64,000 nt of DNA from Owenia fusiformis (taxonomy: Eukaryota). The stretch covers positions 186,001 through 250,000 of the forward strand of contig CAIIXF020000001.1 in the NCBI GenBank assembly GCA_903813345.2. The letters are read 5' to 3'. Positions 56,701-64,000 of the stretch are shown here, piece after piece (position 1 is the first letter of the stretch; each line of letters opens with the position of its first letter). Under the pieces are notes generated by a model. That model had not been told where the DNA came from and did no database searches. It saw only the letters and a program-made list of their open reading frames with translations. Both the position numbers and the translations under genes were made by a program.

Positions 56701-58736
56701 TAACATATAGTCTTCTTTGGGGTAGCCTAGACTTAGGATGTCTCCTGTATGTTCTGTGTATTTGCCTCCACAGTCAGGGAAGGCTGCAATAGTGTAACAT
56801 TTATAAATATAACATATAGTCTTCTTTGGGGTAGCCTAGACTTAGGATGTCTCCTGTATGTTCTGTATATTTGCCTCCACAGTCAGGGAAAGCTGCAATA
56901 ATGTAACATTTATAAATATAACATATAGTCTTCTTTGGGGTAGCCTAGACTTAGGATGTCTCCTGTATGTTCTGTATATTTGCCTCCACAGTCAGGGAAG
57001 GCTGCAATAGTGTAACATTTATAAATATAACATATAGTCTTCTTTGGGGTAGCCTAGACTTAGGATGTCTCCTGTATGTTCTGTGTATTTGCCTCCACAG
57101 TCAGGGAAGGCTGCAATAGTGTAACATTTATAAATATAACATATAGTCTTCTCTAGGGTAACCTGGACTGACTCAATTATATCTAATTTGCTAGTCAAAT
57201 ACATGTGTTGGAGGATAACAATCATATGGACATATTAAAACTTATTCTATTTTATGAGTAAGAAATATCAAACAACCCCTTTTTGGGAGGTGGTCGCAAA
57301 CATACTTTATAAACACATGGAAAATTATCAATAGACTTGATACTACTGTACATAGCTTCGAGTTTATATTAGCAAACTTTGATTTTTGTCTAAAAAGTCA
57401 TCCTTATGCTATTTTTAAGAAAAGTAAGTAATATTTTCAACACATACATCATGGTTGTCTTGGCAAAAAAATGGAACAAAAAATTAACCTTTAATTACCT
57501 TTACTTTACCTATACTGTATCAATTATCATAAATAAGGCCACGATACAATGAGTAATATGTTAACAATCAAAGGCCTACTTGTATATTCCATATAGTATC
57601 CTCTGCTTGTCCTGTAGTTACTCTCCCTTGTCAGTTCAATGCAGACAGTTGTACCAGTCGAGTAGAGAATGTCCTCTGTATTTGGACTTCCAGGTTTAAT
57701 GGAATTCCTGTACCTCCGCAGACGTGGACTATGAGCAATGAAGAAGTTGTCATTACAGTTATTTCCATCATAAACTGTAAGTTTATCTCCTGGGTTGAGG
57801 TCGTAATCTTGGACACTGATGCGAAGGCGCATGTTGGCAGTGGGAGATTTCATACGCACTATACACTTGCTTCCTGGACCAGGATAAGAGTTAGGGTAAT
57901 TCGGAGAGCTTACGGCACCAAAGTTTGGCTGTTGGATTACACCACCACAGTTCGCAACTGGAAATAAACTAGAAGTTCAATATGACTGGTCCAATTCCTG
58001 TTCCGTTCAGTTTTTGAGAAAACAAAAACAAGTGCACCCACACATATAACTGTTAATACCAGAATTAGATATTCCTCAAAAATATTGTTTTGTTTAATAT
58101 ACAAAATTCTGTCACGAGACAGTATGAACTCTGTGTTCTACCTGTAACTATAGGTGGTGCTGGTGTTGAGCTAGGATAGACTCCGCCCCCACGTACACAC
58201 GGCTCTACTGCCTGTGACCATTTGCCATTGGACAGACATGTCACAGTGTAACTAGAGGCTCCCTTGGCCTGGAATCCTAATTTACAAGTGACAATCACAG
58301 TGTCACCATAAGTGTCCCCGTTAGACATGATATCTGCATTGGTCACATTCACAATCCTTCCACAGCTTTGGGCTTAAAAGGGAAGAGTTTAATTAAAGTT
58401 CAGTGCATGAGCATAAAAAGATCAAATAACAACAGATTAAGTTTATTTTGTATATATTGTACATTTTCTATAACTGTAGTGCACGCAAATAGGAATAATC
58501 AAACATTATTGAATTGTAAGGTACTACATGTTTAATGTATTAACACATAATTAAATGCTTACAGACACAAATAGGGGCATCTCCAGCCCATTTGCCATCA
58601 GCGCCACATTTCCTTGTTGCCACTCCACTCAGTCTGTAGCCCTTGTTACACATATAGAGGGCAGTGTCTCCAAAGTCCAGACCTGACACACTCACCGTAC
58701 CAAATGGATGTACATCGGGCTGTGTACAATGGGTCA
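24128..58736 (-). CDS. CUB and Sushi (CCP) multi-domain type I membrane protein (CSMD/SVEP-like architecture), 5' end beyond window
   Basis: 23 GT-AG exons in continuous phase, listed separately. 14 Sushi (C..P..G....C..GY.L.G...C...G.W....P.C), 4 CUB (CGG...SPNYP..Y...C.W...KGF...Y), Ser-rich stalk, TM GVIVGVSVGAVVLVVIIIVLMGFLF-RRK, tail with FENPTY. Confidence 0.92.
24728..24860 (-). CDS. Transmembrane exon
   Basis: APQGQTGSNSGSNRTGVIVGVSVGAVVLVVIIIVLMGFLFRRK. Confidence 0.88.
24970..25032 (-). CDS. Ser-rich stalk exon
   Basis: SSSSIGSTLKSSSSQPSVSP; 63 nt, phase 1-1. Confidence 0.72.
25425..26214. mobile_element. Tc1/mariner-like MITE (truncated duplicate at 23108-23462)
   Basis: TA-flanked imperfect TIR cagggttggcaaataaaaatgggacac / gtgtcctattttttattgcccaccctg. 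Confidence 0.8.
26388..26597 (-). CDS. Sushi exon + stalk
   Basis: ESCGDPIQVTGA...WSTYPAACMANSATPGPTK. Confidence 0.88.
26816..26989 (-). CDS. Sushi exon
   Basis: TQCRTPIIHP...WSASPPICI. Confidence 0.9.
28032..31295. repeat. 49-bp satellite (28032-28595 and 31069-31295) split by a transposon
   Basis: Unit aaattccattttgttgcaattgcttactataattgattatattaaacaa; repeat phase resumes after the TSD. Confidence 0.95.
28596..31068. mobile_element. Non-autonomous DNA transposon, ~247-bp TIRs, CAC...GTG ends, 5-bp TSD (Transib-like)
   Basis: TGCTT|CACTGGGGATGAACTGGAAACGAGG ... CCTCGTTTCCAGTTCATCCCCAGTG|TGCTT; subterminal GAAACGAGGC repeats. Confidence 0.9.
32342..32521 (-). CDS. Sushi exon
   Basis: VTCPNKLDSPDKG...WMPDVAPTCT. 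Confidence 0.9.
33100..35842 (-). repeat. 89-bp tandem array (~30 copies) of Sushi exon 3' end plus splice donor
   Basis: Minus-strand unit = 74 nt of exon 35769-35969 (FVLKGDIRQxMxDGTWGGVEPQCI) + gtaagtacagtgatg. Confidence 0.95.
35769..35969 (-). CDS. Sushi exon
   Basis: EGEPVYCGDPGYPANG...CNFGFVLKGDIRQCMLDGTWGGVEPQCI|gtaagt. Confidence 0.88.
36293..36410 (-). CDS. Sushi exon (C-terminal part)
   Basis: IGSVATYGCLDGYALDTPANTRTCKADQTWSGSTPNCVG. Confidence 0.88.
36721..36980 (-). CDS. Sushi + start of next Sushi
   Basis: VGCDAAKIPNLDNG...CKADGTWEGQSDSCGFIQCGDPGVPAFGYLRLTSGAE. Confidence 0.88.
37114..37235 (-). CDS. CUB exon part 2
   Basis: YCGSSPQAPYVSTSNEVTILFKT...KGFWISYK. Confidence 0.88.
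37529..37754 (-). CDS. CUB exon part 1
   Basis: FATCGSDQMPLPEGDIFSPNYPRKY...CGDADYLDV. Confidence 0.9.
37948..38078 (-). CDS. CUB exon part 3
   Basis: SVSSARIQDKLPDVFFSSGVWVCLELKRKSAVPSAKGFSLKYK. Confidence 0.87.
38819..39213. mobile_element. MITE with ~26-bp TIR
   Basis: aaaggacgattctcggtttggagaac / gttctccaaaccgagaatcgtccttt; related sequence at ~12835-13040. Confidence 0.7.
39756..40080. repeat. ~112-bp tandem repeat x3
   Basis: gaatcttggagtattatcttaatttgggac recurs at ~39756, 39868, 39980. Confidence 0.9.
40261..40403 (-). CDS. CUB exon part 2
   Basis: IRVPTGFRSRLYLTDVKLNKGDVLTIYDGPYCSDNVLVAPSRRLRRY. Confidence 0.87.
40735..40838 (-). CDS. CUB exon part 1
   Basis: SKCGSNWAYRMEGLITSENYPKPYNTPGDLCINK. 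Confidence 0.87.
41041..41097 (-). CDS. Thr/Pro linker microexon
   Basis: QVTTTRLIPRTIPTAPPV; 57 nt, phase 1-1; matches the linker at the end of exon 58142-58372. Confidence 0.7.
   Translation of the reverse strand, partial: SKLQQPDLSQGLFQQHHL
42867..43046 (-). CDS. Sushi exon
   Basis: VKCPNYPPVKNG...WDKVYRQCE. Confidence 0.9.
43381..43566 (-). CDS. Sushi exon
   Basis: ITCGAPDLHPKG...WSGDSPICI. Confidence 0.9.
44168..44359 (-). CDS. Sushi exon
   Basis: THCPGPLFAPEPNG...WNLGDIIPSCE. Confidence 0.88.
45353..46112 (+). mobile_element. HINE-like element
   Basis: aactagataacggcaactccgcggagtagc start, (GACG/GACA)n microsatellite, 3' hairpin ccctaccgaacttcgttcgttgggataa. Confidence 0.55.
46164..46579 (-). 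mobile_element. Short CR1-like LINE 3' end
   Basis: QGQWIWNSIERPIRGSSSLNIFKIRYKKYLIDKISLD*; A-rich tail; probable TSD CTTATTT. Confidence 0.7.
46740..47949 (+). mobile_element. CR1-like LINE 3' fragment (open 327-aa C-terminus)
   Basis: LILDQHLKF..H, ILPHFEYCDIVF, LNWLPLETRR, CLCGVESETLRHFFFRC zinc knuckle; AATAAA and poly-A at 47920-47949. Confidence 0.9.
48313..48498 (-). CDS. Sushi exon
   Basis: AGAITECGDPGDPLNG...WTDADPICN. Confidence 0.9.
50822..51143. mobile_element. GC-rich MITE with 5-bp TSD
   Basis: CAGGGGCGGAT...ATCCGCCAGTG flanked by ATATG; empty site visible in the paralogous copy at ~51770. Confidence 0.8.
51963..52139 (-). CDS. Sushi exon
   Basis: EIQCGDPGYPARG...WAGKIPVCK. 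Confidence 0.9.
52200..52392. repeat. 37-bp minisatellite x~5
   Basis: atcaaatgacatactgaaagtgtatcaatgacatgat. Confidence 0.9.
52477..52671 (-). CDS. Sushi exon
   Basis: IGCRTDLLP...CRSDGTWEGIMETCL. Confidence 0.88.
54251..54482 (-). CDS. CUB exon (C-terminal part)
   Basis: VGPGQQIELFF...LCG...KGFWMEYK. Confidence 0.88.
56238..56347 (-). CDS. CUB exon (N-terminal part)
   Basis: FPDCGGKYTKDKGEILSPGYPSITYGDNRFCIWNIQ|gtacat. Confidence 0.88.
56319..57165 (-). repeat. 109-bp tandem array (~8 copies) of splice acceptor plus CUB exon start
   Basis: Minus-strand unit ...tattgcag|CCTTCCCTGACTGTGGAGGCAAATA...; copies at 56328, 56437, 56546 ... 57091. Confidence 0.95.
57580..57957 (-). CDS. CUB exon
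   Basis: ANCGGVIQQPNFGAVSSPNYPNSY...SRGYYMEYT; 378 nt. Confidence 0.9.
58142..58372 (-). CDS. Sushi + linker exon
   Basis: QSCGRIVNVTN...WSQAVEPCVRGGG..PPIVT; 231 nt (AAG acceptor). Confidence 0.85.
58563..58736 (-). CDS. Sushi exon
   Basis: THCTQPDVHPFG...WAGDAPICV; 174 nt, phase 1-1. Confidence 0.9.
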
Positions 58737-61700
58737 CTACAAATGAATAACATTATTTAAACATGTACCAAATGGATGTACACCGGGCTGTGTACAATGG
58801 GTCACTACAAGTCAATAACATTATTTAAACATGTACAAAATGGATGTACATCGGGCTGTGTACAATGGGTCACTACAACTCAATAACATTATTTAAACAT
58901 GTACCAAATGGATGTACATCGGGCTGTGTACAATGAGTCACTACAAGTCAATAACATTATTTAAACATGTACCAAATGGATGTACATCGGGCTGTGTACA
59001 ATGGGTCACTACAACTCAATAACATTATTTAAACATGTACCAAATGGATGTACATCGGGCTGGGTACAATGAGTCACTACAAGTGAATAACATTATTTAA
59101 ACATGTACCAAATGGATGAACATCGGGCTGGGTACAATGATTCACTACAAGTCAATAACATTATTTAAACATGTACCAAATGGATGTACATCGGGCTGTG
59201 TACAATGGGTCACTACAAGTGAATAACATTATTTAAACATGTACCAAATGGATGTACATCGGGCTGTGTACAATGGGTCACAACAAGTGAATAACATTAT
59301 TTAAACATGTACCAAATGGATGTACATCGGGCTGTGTACAATGGGTCACTACAAATGAATAACATTGTTTAAACATGTACCAAATGGATGTACATCGGGC
59401 TGTGTACAATGGGTTACAACAAGTGAATAACATTATTTAAACATGTACCAAATGGATGTACATCGGGCTGTGTACAATGGGTCACTACAAATGAATAACA
59501 TTGTTTAAACATGTACCAAATGGATGTACATCGGGCTGTGTACAATGGGTCACTACAAATGAATAACATTGTTTAAACATGTACCAAATGGATGTACATC
59601 GGGCTGTGTACAATGGGTTACAACAAGTGAATAACATTATTTAAACATGTACCAAATGGATGTACATCGGGCTGTGTACAATGGGTCACTACAAATGAAT
59701 AACATTATTTAAACATGTACCAAATGGATGTACATCGGGCTGTGTACAATGGGTCACTACAAATGAATAACATTGTTTAAACATGTATCAAATGGATGTA
59801 CATCGGGCTGTGTACAATGGGTCACTACAAGTGAATAACATTGTTTAAACATGTACCAAATGGATGTACATCGGGCTGTGTACAATGGGTCACTACAAAT
59901 GAATAACATTGTTTAAACATGTACCAAATGGATGTACATCGGGCTGTGTACAATGGGTTACAACAAGTGAATAACATTATTTAAACATGTGCCAAATGGA
60001 TGTACATCGGGCTGTGTACAATGGGTCACTACAAGTGAATAACATTGTTTAAACATGTACCAAATGGATGTACATCGGGCTGTGTACAATGGGTCACTAC
60101 AAGTCAATAACATTATTTAAACATGTACCAAATGGATGTACATCGGGCTGTGTACAACGGGTCACTACAAATGAATAACATTGTTTAAACATGTACCAAA
60201 TGGATGTACATCGGGCTGTGTACAATGGGTTACAACAAGTGAATAACATTATTTAAACATGTACCAAATGGATGTACATCGGGCTGGGTACAATGATTCA
60301 CTACAAGTCAATAACATTATTTAAACATGTGCCAAATGGATGTACATCGGGCTGTGTACAATGGGTCACTACAAATGAATAACATTGTTTAAACATGTAC
60401 CAAATGGATGTACATCGGGCTGTGTACAATGGGTCACTACAAATGAATAACATTGTTTAAACATGTACCAAATGGATGTACATCGGGCTGTGTACAATGG
60501 GTCACTACAAGTGAATAACATTGTTTAAACATGTACCAAATGGATGTACATCGGGCTGTGTACAATGGGTTACAACAAGTGAATAACATTATTTAAACAT
60601 GTACCAAATGGATGTACATCCGGCTGTGTACAATGGGTCACTACAAGTGAATAACATTATTTAAACATGTACCAAATGGATGAACATCGGGCTGGGTACA
60701 ATGAGTCACTACAAGTCAATAACATTATTTAAACATGTGCCAAATGGATGTACATCGGGCTGTGTACAATGGGTCACTACAAATGAATAACATTGTTTAA
60801 ACATGTACCAAATGGATGTACATCGGGCTGTGTACAATGGGTCACTACAAATGAATAACATTGTTTAAACATGTACCAAATGGATGTACATCGGGCTGTG
60901 TACAATGGGTCACTACAAGTCAATAACATTATTTAAACATGTACCAAATGGATGTACATTGGGCTGTGTACAACGGGTCACTACAAATGAATAACATTGT
61001 TTAAACATGTACCAAATGGATGTACATCGGGCTGTGTACAATGGGTCACTACAAATGAATAACATTGTTTAAACATGTACCAAATGGATGTACATCGGGC
61101 TGTGTACAATGGGTCACTACAAATGAATAACATTGTTTAAACATGTACCAAATGGATGTACATCGGGCTGTGTACAATGGGTCACTACAACTCAATAACA
61201 TTATTTAAACATGTACCAAATGGATGTACATCGGGCTGTGTACAATGGGTCACTACAAGTCAATAACATTATTTAAACATGTACCAAATGGATGTACATC
61301 GGGCTGTGTACAACGGGTCACTACAAATGAATAACATTGTTTAAACATGTACCAAATGGATGTACATCGGGCTGTGTACAATGGGTTACAACAAGTGAAT
61401 AACATTATTTAAACATGTACCAAATGGATGTACATCGGGCTGTGTACAATGGGTCACTACAAGTCAATAACATCATTTAAACATGTACCAAATGGATGTA
61501 CATCGGGCTGTGTACAATGGGTCACTACAAGTGAATAACATTATTTAAACATGTACCAAATGGATGAACATCGGGCTGGGTACAATGATTCACTACAAGT
61601 CAATAACATTATTTAAACATGTGCCAAATGGATGTACATCGGGCTGTGTACAATGGGTCACTACAAATGAATAACATTGTTTAAACATGTACCAAATGGA

Positions 61701-63383
61701 TGTACATCGGGCTGTGTACAATGGGTCACTACAAATGAATAACATTGTTTAAACATGTACCAAATGGATGTACATCGGGCTGTGTACAATGGGTTACAAC
61801 AAGTGAATAACATTATTTAAACATGTACCAAATGGATGTACATCGGGCTGTGTACAATGGGTCACTACAAATGAATAACATTGTTTAAACATGTACCAAA
61901 TGGATGTACATCGGGCTGTGTACAATGATTCACTACAAGTCAATAACATTATTTAAACATGTGCCAAATGGATGTACATCGGGCTGTGTACAATGGGTCA
62001 CTACAAGTGAATAACATTATTTAAACATGTACCAAATGGATGTACATCGGGCTGTGTACAATGGGTCACTACAAATGAATAACATTGTTTAAACATGTAC
62101 CAAATGGATGAACATCGGGCTGGGTACAATGAGTCACTACAAGTCAATAACATTATTTAAACATGTGCCAAATGGATGTACATCGGACTGTGTACAATGG
62201 GTCACTACAAGTGAATAACATTATTTAAATATGTACCAAATGGATGAACATTGGGCTGGGTACAATGAGTCACTACAAGTCAATAACATTATTTAAACAT
62301 GTGCAAAATGGATGTACATCGGGCTGTGTACAATGGGTCACTACAAATGAATAACATTGTTCAAACATGTACCAAATGGATGAACATCGGGCTGGGTACA
62401 ATGAGTCACTACAAGTGAATAACATTATTTAAACATGTACCAAATGGATGTACATTGGTCTGTGTACAATGACTCACTACAAGTGAATAACATTATTTAA
62501 ACATGTACCAAATGGATGTACATCGGGCTGTGTACAATGGGTCACAACAAGTGAATAACATTATTTAAACATGTACCAAATGGATGTACATCGGGCTGTG
62601 TACAATGGGTCACAACAAGTGAATAACATTATTTAAACATGTACCAAATGGATGTACAGCGGGCTGTGTACAATGGGTCACTACAAGTGAATAACATTAT
62701 TTAAACATGTACCAAATGGATGTACATCGGGCTGTGTACAATGGGTTACAACAAGTGAATAACATTATTTAAACATGTACCAAATGGATGTACATCAGGC
62801 TGTGTACAATGGGTCACTACAAGTGAATAACATTATTTAAACATGTACCAAATGGATGAACATCGAGCTGGGTACAATGGGTTACAACAAGTGAATAACA
62901 TTATTTAAACATGTACCAAATGGATGTACATCGGGCTGTGTACAATGGGTTACAACAAGTGAATAACATTGTTTAAACATGTGCCAAATGGATGTACATC
63001 GGGCTGTGTACAATGGGTCACTACAAGTCAATAACATTATTTAAACATGTGCCAAATGGATGTACATCGGGCTGTGTACAATGGGTCACTACAAGTCAAT
63101 AACATTGTTTAAACATGTACCAAATGGATGTACATCGGGCTGTGTACAATGGGTCACTACAAGTGAATAACATTATTTAAACATGTACCAAATGGATGTA
63201 CATCGGGCTGTGTACAATGGGTCACTACAAATGAATAACATCATTTAAACATGTACCAAATGGATGGAGATTGGGCTGTGTACAATGAGTCACTACAAGT
63301 CAATAACATCATTTAAACATGTACCAAATGGATGTACATCGGGCTGTGTACAATGGGTTACAACAAGTGAATAACATTATTTA
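58697..63383 (-). repeat. 68-bp tandem array (~69 copies) of splice acceptor plus Sushi exon start
   Basis: Minus-strand unit gtacatgtttaaataatgttattcatttgtag|TGACCCATTGTACACAGCCCGATGTACATCCATTTG. Confidence 0.97.
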
Positions 63384-63869
63384 TCCCACGATTAATGTGT
63401 TATCTGTACAATAACAGCTATTGATATTTCTGATATTATTAAAATCCGTGTGATATTTTCCAGAAAATCGTTTATCAAACTCTTATGCGTGTGATATCGT
63501 TTATCTCACGCATATCCGTGTGATATCACATTTGCATTTCGCGCCACAATATTGTTGGAACTTAGGTCAGATAATTTATTCTCTTTTGGGAAAATAGGTC
63601 CGTTAATTTATTCTCTTTAAGTTTCATTGATGTATTGAATTACGATTGTGTATATAATTTGATTAGAAGGCTGCTAACTAACGATTAAAAATGGTATTTA
63701 TGACGAACTATATCATGTTATTTACTTTTAATTGTTAAAATAAAGTGTTTCAAATATTCAATTGATATTCTAATTTCTAGTTTATATTGTCTGCCAATGT
63801 CCTGGAAATTGGATCAGAACATCACAAGGTGATTGTAATCATGTGATAAACCCAATATGACATAATTTC

Positions 63870-63976
63870 TCGTGATATCATTTTATCGCCTCGTAGATAT
63901 CAAATATCAACACTCATTCGCTTCGCTCACTCGTGTTGATATTTGCTATCAACTCGGCGATAAAAATGATATCACT
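63870..63976. repeat. Imperfect ~105-bp palindrome, probably part of a non-autonomous DNA element
   Basis: gtgatatcattttatcgcc..aaatatcaacac [loop] gtgttgatattt..ggcgataaaaatgatatcac. Confidence 0.65.
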
Positions 63977-64000
63977 CAAAATGATGTGATATTCTGTATT

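Noticed and set aside
24128-58736. Assigning a CSMD1/2/3 or SVEP1 gene symbol
   Set aside because: The CUB-CUB-(Sushi)6 order matches neither, the 5' end is missing, and orthology cannot be tested here.

Overview
AT-rich metazoan (probably invertebrate) genomic DNA with two convergent, intron-rich genes. (+) RAD23 (UBL-UBA1-XPC-binding-UBA2): 8 coding exons at 4107-18051, with exon 1 not found in the window. (-) A large type I membrane CUB/Sushi(CCP) receptor: 23 exons from 58736 down to 24128, 14 Sushi and 4 CUB domains visible, then a TM helix and an FENPTY tail; its 5' part lies beyond the window. Its last three exons are tandemly duplicated (2317 bp, near-identical). The most striking feature is that this gene's own exon/intron junctions have repeatedly been amplified into tandem arrays. 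These are ~69 x 68 bp (acceptor + 36-nt in-frame potential microexon + GT), ~30 x 89 bp (exon end + donor), ~8 x 109 bp (acceptor + a synonymously recoded CUB exon start), plus older decayed junction copies. Also present: intronic satellites, truncated LINEs, a Crypton-like remnant, a CAC-terminated 5-bp-TSD (Transib-like) element, hAT- and Tc1-like MITEs and HINE-like repeats. Exon models were read by hand from GT-AG and phase continuity; family names rest on motif recognition, not database searches.
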